NCBI GenBank assembly: GCA_963827235.1
Contig: CAWHAE010000020.1
Location: 192,001 to 256,000, forward strand
Direction: 5' to 3'
DNA from: an uncultured bacterium
GTDB taxonomy: Bacteria; Chloroflexota; UBA5177; JANWHV01
Length of the DNA: 64,000 bases
The notes under the pieces are model-generated. The model was not told where the DNA came from. It saw nothing but the letters and a program-made list of their open reading frames with translations, and made no database searches. Each line of letters opens with the position of its first letter. The first letter of the stretch is position 1. Shown here one piece after another: positions 32,499-43,062 of this stretch. The translations under genes and the position numbers were made by a program.

Positions 32499-33831
32499 AT
32501 GACTGCCCTGCTGGTCGTACAGGGTATCAATCACAGCCTCGTACGCGACAGCATTCTGCTCACGCTCGTCGCTACCGCGTCGCTGGCAGTTCTGTTCTTG
32601 GCGCTGTACGTGGCGATTCGCCGCAACGATCAGCGCGTGGCTCCCGTCCGTGCTCGCCTGCTTACCGTGGCGACCTCTCTGGCGTTGGCGGCCTACACCC
32701 TGGTGCAGATCTGTTTGCTGGTGCCGCATCTCGCCGAAAAGGACAGGTACAGCATCGATGCCGGTGCGGCGACCGACTGCGCCACCCAGCTCTTTCTGCA
32801 CGGGCACGATCCGTATACGAACGTGCACATGCTGACCTGTCTCAACGGTCACGGACTGGCATTCAATCAGACCACGCCTCTGCGGGCCGGAGCCTTCTGG
32901 AGCCTGTCTACCTATCCGAGCGGCAGCGGAGCGCAGGGTGGCATGGGCTCCAAACAGTTCGACAACCTGATGTGGAGCCGATACTGGAAGGACCTGAGCG
33001 CGGAGAAACGCAATCCCAGCTACGTCTCGAGGGAGTTCGAGACACGCTTCAACTACCCTGGCGGGGCCATCCTGATCGGCATGGCGGCGTGGGCGCTTGG
33101 CGTGCGAGATCTCATCAGGCTTGTTCCTGGGCGCCATGCTGGTTGCCTCGTACTTGATCTACCGGTCGGCGGACAGGCGAATTCGACCGGTAGTGGCGCT
33201 CTTGTTGCTTGGCGACGCGCCACTCCTGCTCGATTCCGCCGTAGGCGCCACGGACGTGCTCTATGCCCTGATCCTGGTTATGTACTGGCAGCTGCGAGGG
33301 CGGCCAATCTCGGCGGGGTTGCTGCTCGGCCTCGCCATCGCGACGCGCCAACAGGCTTGGTTCTTCGCGCCATTCCTGCTCTATCTCGGCTGGCGCACCG
33401 CCGGCCGGCGCGATCTAGCACTTCGCGTGCCGCCGGCCTTAATCGTGTTCGCGTTGTGCAACCTGCCATTCATCGTGCTCAATCCCGGCGATTGGCTCGC
33501 CGGCGTCTTGGGACCCATGCGCGATCCGCTGTTTGCTGAGGGCGTCGGCGTGGTTGCGCTGCCGATCGTGCTGCTCAAGCAGCACCTGGGGCCGCCGCTC
33601 CTGTATACGTCCTTTGAGCTCGTGGCGTACTGTATGTCCTTCCGCTTCTTCACGCGGCGATGCCTGGCCTCGCCGGGACTGGCCATGCTCCTCCCGCTGC
33701 TGCCGCTTGCCTTCGCCTGGCGCAGCCTGCACACGTATTTCCTCATCCTTCCGCTGCTGGCGACTGCGGTGCTTGCGAGCGCTTCGAGCGTGAATGCTGC
33801 CCGGCGGAGCGCGGCGAGCCGTCTAGGCTGA
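32499..33831 (+). pseudogene. Multi-pass membrane protein, GT87/GT-C-like glycosyltransferase, split by a frameshift near 33115-33122
   Basis: First frame ends ...FNYPGGAILIGMAAWALGVRDL; second frame continues FLGAML...TDVLY...GLAIATRQQAWFFAPF...NLPF; joined about 444 codons; may be a sequencing indel. Confidence 0.6.
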
Positions 33832-33992
33832 ATCTGAAGGCACGCCACGCGTGGATCCGCGCTGACGGTCAGCGCGTCGAAGGCGCATACGACGCCCAAG
33901 GTTCTATCCCGCAGATTCTCGTCGCCCGCCCATCACGGCACTCTCTCCGTGCGTGCGTGTCGCGCCTGGGCCCGAGGACGAGCAAGGCCGGT

Positions 33993-35482
33993 TCATCGCA
34001 CGAGTACGACGACGCGTGCGACCGCCATCACGGCGATGCACACGCTCACCGTGAGCACGATAAGTATCAGATAGGCGCCCATCGTCCAGCGCGCGCGGAC
34101 TACCAGCTGCACAGGTATGTTGGCAGGACCACCGTTGCCGTCGAGCTCGACGCGCGCCTGGTAGCGGCCACCGGCCAGTCCCATCGTACTCAGCGCCATC
34201 GGCACACTCGCGGTCCCCCCGGGAGCGACGCGCACCTGGCCGTTCGGAGCCTGGAGCCAGGGGGCATTGGCCCGAATGACCACTCGCAGCTCACTCCTTC
34301 CCAGATTGCGGATTGGGAGCTCGACGGTAACACGAGCGTCACCGGGCTGAATACCGAGATCCAATGTCCCGTCGGGCAGCGACATGGTGGTCGGCGGCAT
34401 TTCGTCTCCGGGGGCGTGTACCGACATCACGTCGATCACGGCAGGTACCATGCCGAGTGAGAGGTCCGCCTTCGATTCGCCGCAGTTGCCTACCCAGCTC
34501 GTCGACGTTCGGTCCCCGTTCGGCCGGGTCCTTGCGCAACAAGCCCAGCACAACGCTCTCAGTAGCCTTGCTGATGGCAGGCACCAGCAAGCGGACGGGC
34601 TTGAAGGCGAACGGCGGCTGGTCTCGCGGATCGCAGCCCGTGAGCAGATGGTGCAGAGTGGCGCCGAGCGAAAAGAGGTCGCTACGCTCGTCCGACAGAC
34701 CCTGGTATTGCTCGACCGGCGCATAGCCCGGTGTGCCGACCAGAGAGTTTCCGCGTACGGCGGAGAAGCTATGCGCGATGCCGAAGTCAACCAGCCGGAT
34801 CTCTCCATTGGCGGTCAGCATGATGTTCGCCGGCTTGAGATCCCTGAATATCACCGGCGGCTTCTGGCTGTGCAGGTAAGCCAGCACGTCGCACACCTGC
34901 GCCCCCAGTCCCAGTACCAGACCTTCTGGCAAGCCCGGCGAGCCCTTGCGCTCCACGAGCTTCCTCGAGATTGTCTCCAGAGATGTACTCCATGGCCAGG
35001 TAGTAGCGTCCGCGCTGGATGAAGTAGTCGTAGATGGGCGGAATGAACTTGTGCTGCAGTGAAGCAAGCATGATCGCTTCTCGCCTGAACCATGCTTCGC
35101 CCTCTTCACGCTCGGCCTCCGTGGCGAAATGGTCGAGCATCTCCTTGATCGCTACGTACACACCCTGCTGCTGCGCGTCCGAGGCTATGTACACTGCGCC
35201 CATGCCTCCGGTCTTGAGCGCGCGCACGATCGTGTAGCGCCCGGCCAGCGTCGCGCTCGGACCTAGCGGCGGCGCCGGCAGCGCTGGTCGAGTGGTTTCG
35301 CCAGCAGCTTGCGCGCGCCGTCCATGGTTGACCGTGCGACCCTGCCCGGCAGCCTCCCCGCGATCGTCTCCAGAGGCAGACTCTTGGACAAAGCCCGCCA
35401 GTCGCGCGCCACAGGCCGAGCAGAACATCGCCTCGCTGGGGCTCGTCGCGCCGCAGGCGCGGCATTGGCGCGTCGCGTTCAC
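33993..35482 (-). pseudogene. Ser/Thr protein kinase (zinc ribbon-kinase-BACON/Ig-like-TM) with two single-base frameshifts
   Basis: CRACG..FCSACG; GGMGAVY, VAIKE, AMEY | FRDLKPANIML, LVDFG, GTPGYAP, DLFSLG | PWLQ...LDGNGG and C-terminal TM; frame breaks near 34962 and 34470. Confidence 0.8.
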
Positions 35483-35713
35483 CCGGAGTACCCGTTTCGA
35501 TCTGCCGGCATGTATGCTGCTCCTGAAGCATGACGTGCCGGTCGCGCTCCGGCACCGCTGGCTTGACCGCGCTGCTTCGCATCGTAGCACGATATAGGGA
35601 GGCCGATGAATCCCACTTTTTGTACGTATCGCAATAACCCTGGACTGGCCGATAGCTATTTCTCAGGGGTCGCGGCTAGCCACGGGCTGGGAGACAGGCG
35701 CCCCGGTCTTGCG

Positions 35714-35947
35714 GTGAGCGCTATCGACGAGCAGATGCAGGTCATTGTTGCAGCCGATGGACGCTCAGAGCTTGTTCCGCGCGCGCTTGTCGACCTAGCC
35801 CTTGCCGAGGCAATTGCGCTCGACCTGATGGATGCGATGGAAGAGGCGATCGAGGATGCGATCGATCGGGGACAGGCTGACAGGGCGACCATTGACCGAC
35901 TTGAGAACAACCTGGCCCTCATGGAACGGGTCTGCGAAGGTGGCTGA
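35714..35947 (+). CDS. Small acidic helical hypothetical protein
   Basis: Protein-like 77-aa ORF from GTG 35714, upstream of and co-oriented with the Crp gene. Confidence 0.5.
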   Translation: MSAIDEQMQVIVAADGRSELVPRALVDLALAEAIALDLMDAMEEAIEDAIDRGQADRATIDRLENNLALMERVCEGG

Positions 35948-36079
35948 GTGACGCGGACATGCACCTGCAACTGCGACAATTGACCTGCGAGTCGCTGCCA
36001 GCCTACAATTCGGGAGGTGTTGCGATTTGTCCGATGAGAATACTGGCGGAAATCGCGAGCAGTCGACGAAGGGTAGTTC

Positions 36080-36775
36080 ATGCCGCTCGAGCAGATAAAC
36101 CAGATCACCTTGCGCCAGATCACATTGTTCGCGGGACTATCTGATGCTGCGCTCGCCGCGCTCGTTTCTCGCACGCGCGTGCGCTCCTACAGACGGGGCG
36201 AGATCCTCTTTCACAAGGATGATCCCGGCAACAGTCTGTTTCTCGTCAAGTCAGGCCGGATCAAGATCAGCGTGTTTTCCAGTGAAGGGAAAGAAGCGGT
36301 CTTCAACGTGCACGGAGCCGGCGACGTGTTCGGCGAGCTCGCTCTGCTCGATGGGGCGCCTCGCTCGGCCACGGCCACCGCGCTCGAGGCGTCGCGTCTC
36401 CTGATGCTTGACCGGGCTGCCTTCGTCTCCTTCCTGCACGAGCAGCCGGACGCGTCGCTCATACTGCTGGGCGAGCTGGCGGCACGCGTGCGGCGGCTGA
36501 GTGCTCAGGTCGAGGACCTGATGTTTCTCGATATTCCGGGACGGCTAGCTCGTACCCTGCTGCGCTTGGGCGACGACTACGGCACGAGAACCTCGCGGGG
36601 AGTCGAGATCGATTTGCACATCACGCAGACCGAGCTCGGAGGCATGGTTGGGGCCACCCGGGTCAGCGTGAATCGTCTCCTGCACTGGTTTGCCGATAAA
36701 GGTCTGATCGCCATGGATGAGCGCCGGATAGTGCTGGTCAAACCCGAGGCGCTCCAGGCTCGCATCGTCGGCTAG
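36080..36775 (+). CDS. Crp/Fnr family transcriptional regulator
   Basis: FGELALLDGAPRSATA cNMP pocket; ITQTELGGMVGATRVSVNR HTH. Confidence 0.95.
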   Translation: MPLEQINQITLRQITLFAGLSDAALAALVSRTRVRSYRRGEILFHKDDPGNSLFLVKSGRIKISVFSSEGKEAVFNVHGAGDVFGELALLDGAPRSATATALEASRLLMLDRAAFVSFLHEQPDASLILLGELAARVRRLSAQVEDLMFLDIPGRLARTLLRLGDDYGTRTSRGVEIDLHITQTELGGMVGATRVSVNRLLHWFADKGLIAMDERRIVLVKPEALQARIVG

Positions 36776-36781
36776 AGTCGA

Positions 36782-38440
36782 CTAAGAGAGGTCGCTACCG
36801 CGAGCGCTACAGCCGGACGAAGCGCAAGGCGCGGCGGCACTCGGGAGGCGTAGCGCCGGTGTTGCGCTGGGCTTGCGCGGCGTGGACGACGGCGCCGCGG
36901 CAGCACTCGGAGCGCTGGCCTGCAGTGTGGGACTGTCTGCCGGCACGCCGCGGGCCGCAGTGCTGGCGGCCGTGCCCGTGGCGGTGTTCCTGGTTTGCAC
37001 CGGCAGCGGCGTGGGCGGCTCGGCGGTTGAGGCGGATGTGATCGCCCGCGATGGACGCTTCGTGCCGCACGCGGGTACAGCCCGGGCCGTCGCACGGCCG
37101 TTGACCGTGACGCGGCAACGCGTGACGACAACCACGATGGGCTCGATCTGGCGCTGCGTACCATCAAGGCTCGCCGCCACGAGCAGATAGGTATGTGTGG
37201 CCAGAGGGTACGACCGCTGTCCGTTACCGGACGCCTGAACACCGTCTATGTCGACGGCGCTGGTGTACGATGAGCGCCAGGCGATCGTGAAACTCACCCT
37301 CGATATGGCGTACGAGTAGCTCAGTACGATGTCGGGCGGCGTGGGGCTCGCAGTTGGGGTGTTCGCAGGCGTCTCCGTGATTGTGGGCGTGCCCACCCAG
37401 ATCGAGGCGCCTGTGGGTGTCTCTGTCTCGCTTGACGCCGGCGTGCGCGACGCGGTCGGGCTGGCAGTGCCCATGTGCGATGCCGCCGCGGTTGGGCTGG
37501 CATTAACCGTTTGCGACGCCGTGGCGGTTGGGGACGGCGACCGAGTAGGTGTGGCCGTGGCGGCAGCAGGCGTGGTGGCCGTAGGAGTCGCCGATCTCCT
37601 GGGTGGAATCGGGGACACAGTGTACGATGGCACCATAGTCGCCGTGACTGTGCCAGGCATTAGGGCCCTCGTTGCCGATACCGTTGGTGTGGACTCGGAT
37701 GAGATGCGGGACGAATCGCCGGCTGTGGCGGAGGGACTCAGCCGGTACGTAGGCGGCCTCGGCTTGGTTCCACTTGTGGCACCTTGCGGTGTGGCAACCA
37801 GGATTGGTACGGCCAGCCCTGCACCGGCCGAAGCCAGTGCCTGCCCCGCTAAAGTGGCAAAGCCCACTTCGGTTGAGGCCAGTGATCGCCCCGCTAGAGC
37901 GGCTAAGGCCGGCCCGCTCTCATGGGGAAGCGCGCCTTTCGGCGTGACGGCAGGCTGCGGATGCTCGACCGGAGTGTGAACCTCGGCAAGAGGCGATGCG
38001 GTGCGCAGGGCTGGGCGCTGGTCGGAGACCGCGGTAACCGCCGGTGGCGCGGCGCTTCCAATCGCGTTCGCCGGAGCCGGCCGCGACGAGCCGGCGGAAA
38101 GCGTATCGCTGGACGTGCTCGAGGGCCCTGCCGCCGCCGGCATACGGGACGCCTGCGCTGCCGCTACGCAGTGGGTGCCCGGCGCTTGCCCGCCACATGC
38201 AAGTCGGCGAGCGGTCGGAGCTCGGCTCGACCCCGGGATCAGCGCCGTGACTACCGCGAGAAGTACCAGGACGAGAACCGTGACGGCGATCGCAAATCGT
38301 CTGTCGAGCGGTCGCAAGGACGTGGCGGCTGAGCGGATGCGGGAATAGGAGCGATCCCTGGCCGTCTCCGGCGTAGGGTCTGCTCCCTCGGTACTCGGCG
38401 CACCGGGCCTGGCATCGTGTCGGTCATCCTCGTGCATCAT
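36782..38440 (-). CDS. Membrane-anchored Ser/Thr/Pro/Ala-rich surface protein
   Basis: Single TM FAIAVTVLVLVLLAVV; long TPT/SPT linkers around a small beta domain (FTIAW...TYLLVA). Confidence 0.6.
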   Translation of the reverse strand: MMHEDDRHDARPGAPSTEGADPTPETARDRSYSRIRSAATSLRPLDRRFAIAVTVLVLVLLAVVTALIPGSSRAPTARRLACGGQAPGTHCVAAAQASRMPAAAGPSSTSSDTLSAGSSRPAPANAIGSAAPPAVTAVSDQRPALRTASPLAEVHTPVEHPQPAVTPKGALPHESGPALAALAGRSLASTEVGFATLAGQALASAGAGLAVPILVATPQGATSGTKPRPPTYRLSPSATAGDSSRISSESTPTVSATRALMPGTVTATMVPSYTVSPIPPRRSATPTATTPAAATATPTRSPSPTATASQTVNASPTAAASHMGTASPTASRTPASSETETPTGASIWVGTPTITETPANTPTASPTPPDIVLSYSYAISRVSFTIAWRSSYTSAVDIDGVQASGNGQRSYPLATHTYLLVAASLDGTQRQIEPIVVVVTRCRVTVNGRATARAVPACGTKRPSRAITSASTAEPPTPLPVQTRNTATGTAASTAARGVPADSPTLQASAPSAAAAPSSTPRKPSATPALRLPSAAAPCASSGCSARGSDLS

Positions 38441-38637
38441 GCAATGTCGCGGCGCTCAGCATTCGTGGTCAGGGCATCCAAGCAGGCGGGCTGGACCAAC
38501 CACATCGTACTGCGAGTGGTGGTCGAAGGGGCGTCGACTGCGCATACACACGCAGATCCGCTCTCGCCGCGCGCGGGCGACGAGCGGTGCGGCGTACGCA
38601 CGGACTCGCACTCGGCGGCTCGTCGCGAGGCAGTTCG

Positions 38638-39564
38638 TCAGGGCAGCGCCGTGTGAAACAGCAGATAGTGGCTCCAGTCGCCGGCCGGACGCGTCGCCAG
38701 GTAGAGCTCGAGCGAAGTCTGGCGAAAGCCGTGGAGCAAGAGGAGAGAGAGCGCGGTCTGGTTGATGCCCGGTACGAGAAGAGACGTCTCGCTTACGCCT
38801 TGTTCAATGAGCAGTCCGCCACAGCGCTCGAGCATGGCCGGCAGGTCGCTCTCGTGTTGGGCGGCGACCGGCCCGATTCCACCCCAGGGGCTGCAATAAC
38901 CATAGCCCACGATCTGCCCGTGCCGCCTGAATAGAAGCCCACGCATGCCGAGATCGATCCAGAACTTGTGATCGTCGCTGCGGCCTGTGCCGCGCACCAG
39001 GCGGTCCACGGCATCGATGTGTCCAATGATTGAGGTCGAGTGCGCCCCGAGCGGCTCGGCCACCAGGCCGTCCGCGTTTGCACGCAGCCGCTCGAAGATG
39101 CTGGTCGGTCCTTGAAGACCTATAATATCGCGCGCCGGATACAGTCCATGGCGCATAAGCAGACTCGTGCTGGAAAAGTGACTGGCGCCGGCGCAGGCGG
39201 CGTGGCGGTCGGTACCTCGAGCATTGCGCAGCGCGCGCTCCAGTAGCCCCCGTCCCACTCCGTGGCCCTGTCGGTCGGGAACCACGTGTAGATGTGTCAG
39301 CAACCACTCCGCGTCGCGAATCACGGCGCACGCCATGCCAACGAGAACGCTGCCTTCCTCGGCAACCCAGAATCCACCCTTGCTGCTGCGGAGAAGATGC
39401 TCCCACCAGGCGCGTTCCTCGAACCATCGCTGATCCGGCGAAGGCTTCTGTGATAGATAGCGTGCGTCTTCTAAGGTACGCCTGAATACCTCGCTGGCCG
39501 GAGCTATGTCATCGATCATTGCCTGGCGAAAGCGAGCCACCCGGATCCTCCTCACTCTGCTCAC
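38638..39564 (-). CDS. GNAT family acetyltransferase (tandem GNAT)
   Basis: LHVVPDRQGHGVGRGLL acetyl-CoA motif; second domain IGPVAA...LLHGF. Confidence 0.85.
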   Translation of the reverse strand: MSRVRRIRVARFRQAMIDDIAPASEVFRRTLEDARYLSQKPSPDQRWFEERAWWEHLLRSSKGGFWVAEEGSVLVGMACAVIRDAEWLLTHLHVVPDRQGHGVGRGLLERALRNARGTDRHAACAGASHFSSTSLLMRHGLYPARDIIGLQGPTSIFERLRANADGLVAEPLGAHSTSIIGHIDAVDRLVRGTGRSDDHKFWIDLGMRGLLFRRHGQIVGYGYCSPWGGIGPVAAQHESDLPAMLERCGGLLIEQGVSETSLLVPGINQTALSLLLLHGFRQTSLELYLATRPAGDWSHYLLFHTALP

Positions 39565-39653
39565 GCTCTATACCCAATACGATAGCAGAGTTGACCTGCT
39601 GCCTGCATTCTGGCAACAGCCGCGAAGAAGCGCTTCGGCAGGTCGACTCGCGG

Positions 39654-40586
39654 TCAATCCTCTGCGAAAGTGAGCGTGGATGTCAAGCCATCGTAGCCGG
39701 CAAGAGTTTCCGGAAAGATCTCCGATGCATGATGCAGATTTGCATCAGGGTCGGTCAAGGCAGGCCCGTAATGTGTGAGCCAGAGGCGGCGCGCTCCGCC
39801 GTCTCGAGCCAGGGTGGCCGCCTCGGCAAAGGTTAAGTGCTTGGCGTCCCATTGTTTGGGCATGTCGCCGGCTTCGGCGTACATCGCGTCGGCTATCAAC
39901 AGGTCGGCACCATCGTCTGACCGGACGAACGACGTGATTGCGCCGTTCGGACGCAGGTCGGTTGCCACGACCAATCGGATGCCGCGCCTGGGAGGTCCGA
40001 GCACTGCGCTCGGTTCGACTGGGTGCCCGTCCACAATTACAGGCTTCCCCGCTTGCAGCGTGCGCCAGTCCGCCCGCGGGACCTTGAGCGTCGCGGCGCG
40101 CACCGGGTCAAAGCGCGGTGCGCGAGCCAAGCTGAGTGAGTAGGCCAGGCAGGGCACGTCGTGCACGACGGGGCAGCAATCTATGCGCAGTCCGGGCAGC
40201 GCTGGCAGCTCGAAGCGTTCAGTGCCGTCGAGCAAGACGAAGTCGACGGGAAACGGAAGTCGGGGCGCCACGACCAGCAGGCTGCTCACTACGTCGATCA
40301 GCGGCTCCGGGCCGCATACGACCAAACGATCGTTTTCGTCCTTGCCGGTAAACGCCAGTGTCAGCAGCAGCCCCGGCAGCCCCAACACGTGATCCCCATG
40401 CAGGTGAGTGAGCAGGATGACGTCGAGGTTACGCAGGCCCCACGCACGTTCCCGCAGGGCTACCTGGGTGCCTTCGCCGCAGTCTACCAGGACCAGCCTT
40501 CCTCGGTAGCGAAGCAGCACGGAGGAAAGACGGCGGCCGGGCAACGGCTGCGTTCCGCCGCTGCCCAGCAGACAAACATCCAGCAC
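39654..40586 (-). CDS. rnz: Ribonuclease Z
   Basis: LLGSGG, VDCGEGTQ, THLHGDH, exosite LQAGKPV...VLGPPRRG, ATD, KHLTFAEAA, LTHY. Confidence 0.9.
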   Translation of the reverse strand: MLDVCLLGSGGTQPLPGRRLSSVLLRYRGRLVLVDCGEGTQVALRERAWGLRNLDVILLTHLHGDHVLGLPGLLLTLAFTGKDENDRLVVCGPEPLIDVVSSLLVVAPRLPFPVDFVLLDGTERFELPALPGLRIDCCPVVHDVPCLAYSLSLARAPRFDPVRAATLKVPRADWRTLQAGKPVIVDGHPVEPSAVLGPPRRGIRLVVATDLRPNGAITSFVRSDDGADLLIADAMYAEAGDMPKQWDAKHLTFAEAATLARDGGARRLWLTHYGPALTDPDANLHHASEIFPETLAGYDGLTSTLTFAED

Positions 40587-40709
40587 AACCTACCTCCGGC
40601 GCTCCGGACAAAGCCGCGCAGCTGCGACGGCAGATCCCTTCGCCCGGCATCGTCTCTTGTAGGGTACCGCCTTCCCGGCGATCGACACTTCAGCTCCGCG
40701 CTGCCGCCA

Positions 40710-41681
40710 CTACCCGATGACGCTCTGCCCGATCCTCCGTATCGCCGGGCTGTTACAGGCGCTGGCCGGCTGGCTGAAGGTCAGCTTGCAGATCGTCGCC
40801 GTGAGGTAGTTCGCGTTCCCTATGATCGCCTCGGTCGCTGCGTTGGCGCTGTCTTTCAGACCTTCTGCGATCTGCGCTTGGCTCTCGCCGCTGATTACCG
40901 TGTCCTGGAAACCCATGTCGGACTGCCAGTAGCGCCCTGCGAGATAGAGGAAGGGCACCGAGCCGTCCAGGTATTTGTTCCACAGGCGCTGCTCCGCGCC
41001 GGTCACGGCATCCAGGTGGTTCTGATCCCGGTCGAATACCTCGACCGCCACAAAGCTGACGTAGTTGCTGCTATAGCGCGCCCCGTGGAAGGTGAAGGTA
41101 GCCAGATCTCCGTCGAAATCGGCTGAGCGCATGTACCTGAGGCCGGTAAAGGTACCGAAACGGCCCAAGGCGTTGACCAAACACCATCGTTCAGCGGCGC
41201 ACCAGGGACAGAACTCTCCGCCGACGAACAGCACCTCGGGCTTCCCGTTCAGCGAGAGATAGGGATCGGAGATGCCCTGCATACTCACCTTGATGCCGCC
41301 GGTGCCCACCGCCGAGATCACTGCCGGATCCACGTTCGCCACCGAACGCGCGATCGAGGCCGAGACGGTCGCGCCGATGGCCTCATCCGGCGCGCCTGCG
41401 CCGCCACTGCCGCTGGACTGACTCGCTGTATCCCCGCTGTGGGCGCCGATGGCCACGAATATGCCGACCGCGGCGAGGATCAGCACTGCCACCACGCCCA
41501 CGATGATCGCCGGGGCCGGCCGCCGGAGTCTGCGCCGCCATACCAAGTGCCGGTCGCCTTGGTCGCCTCCTCCCGCCCGAAAGTCCTCCGGTGACGCCCC
41601 GTCGTCTGCAGTCGCCTGAGACTGCCCGGCGGAATCCCGCGAGGAAGACGCATCGTTCTCAGGCATACGCTCTCCATTCAC
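40710..41681 (-). CDS. DUF929-like membrane-anchored thioredoxin-fold protein
   Basis: TM segment; GKPEVLFVGGEFCPWCAAERW, ALGRFGTF, SVPF, ANYLTATIC. Confidence 0.8.
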   Translation of the reverse strand: MNGERMPENDASSSRDSAGQSQATADDGASPEDFRAGGGDQGDRHLVWRRRLRRPAPAIIVGVVAVLILAAVGIFVAIGAHSGDTASQSSGSGGAGAPDEAIGATVSASIARSVANVDPAVISAVGTGGIKVSMQGISDPYLSLNGKPEVLFVGGEFCPWCAAERWCLVNALGRFGTFTGLRYMRSADFDGDLATFTFHGARYSSNYVSFVAVEVFDRDQNHLDAVTGAEQRLWNKYLDGSVPFLYLAGRYWQSDMGFQDTVISGESQAQIAEGLKDSANAATEAIIGNANYLTATICKLTFSQPASACNSPAIRRIGQSVIG

Positions 41682-41756
41682 GTCACTTCGGATGCCCGCC
41701 GGCGGCAGTCATGGTACAGGCTCCGCCGTCCCTGTTGGAGAGAGATTAGCAGCCGC

Positions 41757-42100
41757 TCACCGGCCAGTCAATCGCGATGCTTGCCGCGTGTGCCGTCGAC
41801 GGAAAGTCACGAAGATGCGCTCGGCGAACGCGGGGCGCAACGCATCTCGAAGATCGTGGTCGAACATGCTCCCGCCAGAAGCGGCGCCATGGCTCGACGC
41901 GAGCGGTCAGCGTCCTCGGGATGGATCAGCTCGAGGATGCTGCTTCTCAGCAGCGCAGCTCGATCGTGACCTAGGCTGGCGCAAAGCGCCGGATTCCCCG
42001 CGATCCGGTTGCAGTCCAGCGTAGCTATGCCAACACCTACGCTGGACTGCATTAGCGCGCGGAAGAATGGATCCGCTAGGTCCTCGCAGCGGAACCCTTC
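41757..42100 (-). pseudogene. Remnant of a PAS sensor histidine kinase (PAS fragment abutting a HATPase fragment)
   Basis: FRALMQSSVGVGIA..NPALCASLG...LIHPED (PAS), then in another frame PAFAERIFVTFRRRHTR, resembling the HATPase F-box. Confidence 0.55.
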
Positions 42101-42137
42101 CTTGACAGTCGTTGTCTCTCCCTGGCCGGCAACCGCG

Positions 42138-42833
42138 TCAGGCGGGGGTCTCGAAAGTGCCCGGGCTGCCCGCGCCGGCACGATACTCCGCCGATCGAGT
42201 GTGGGTTGCCGCAGACAGAGCGCGGCGCACACCGCCGGCGTCTAGGTCCGTCCCGTAAACAGGAGTCCCGGGCTGCTGTCGCCAGGACTCGTCCAGGTTG
42301 CCGGCGTCGACACCGTCGAATCCGAGCTCGTCCAGCAACCGGATGACTACGGCCTTGTCTGCCGCGGAGTCACCGGCAACGGGCAGTGCAATGCGCCCGA
42401 GTACGCCGGCAGGCTTGCCGCGTTCCAGCAGGTGTTGGGAGTAGATGTTGTTGAACGCCTTGACCACGGGCCGGCCCAGTTGCCTCGCCACCCACTCACT
42501 CTCCGCCATCCCCGTCTCGATGCCGTCGATGCGGCCATCTCTCTGGCGGGGATAGTAGTTACCGGTGTCTACCACCACGACTCCCTCTGCCGCGCCATCG
42601 AACAGTCCGCGCGGCAGGTGAGGAATGTTCTTCTCGGGAATCGTCACCACGACGAGCTCGGCGTCACGCGCCGCCTCGGCAGCCGTTACCGCCTTCGCGC
42701 CGGTCTCCGCGGCGAGCCCGCTGAGTGTCCCCGGTCCGCGTGAGTTTGCCACGGACACGTCGTGGCCGAGTGCCGCGAGCCGGCGCGTCAACACGCCGCC
42801 AATATTGCCCGCGCCGATGATGCCGATCTTCAA
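42138..42833 (-). CDS. NADPH-dependent oxidoreductase, F420_oxidored family
   Basis: KIGIIGAGNIG, NSRGP, DTGNYYP, VVKAFNN, SWRQQPGTP; TTG start after GGGGAG. Confidence 0.88.
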   Translation of the reverse strand: MKIGIIGAGNIGGVLTRRLAALGHDVSVANSRGPGTLSGLAAETGAKAVTAAEAARDAELVVVTIPEKNIPHLPRGLFDGAAEGVVVVDTGNYYPRQRDGRIDGIETGMAESEWVARQLGRPVVKAFNNIYSQHLLERGKPAGVLGRIALPVAGDSAADKAVVIRLLDELGFDGVDAGNLDESWRQQPGTPVYGTDLDAGGVRRALSAATHTRSAEYRAGAGSPGTFETPA

Positions 42834-43062
42834 TGCCTGCTCCCCCTACCGTGTGTGCCCAGGTCAGCGCCCTGGATCGTGCTCCGCTCCGCACAGCCCT
42901 ATTTCCTGCTGCGTCCATTTGCAGCATACCTGTGGCGCGGGCAAGAGCTACAGAGCGATACCGTGTCCAAGCTCCTTATCTCTGGCCGAGCTATGATGGC
43001 CTGGATGGCACCATCGAGCACCGTCGCACGGGTGCAGGTTCCAGGCAAAGGAGACACGAGCC

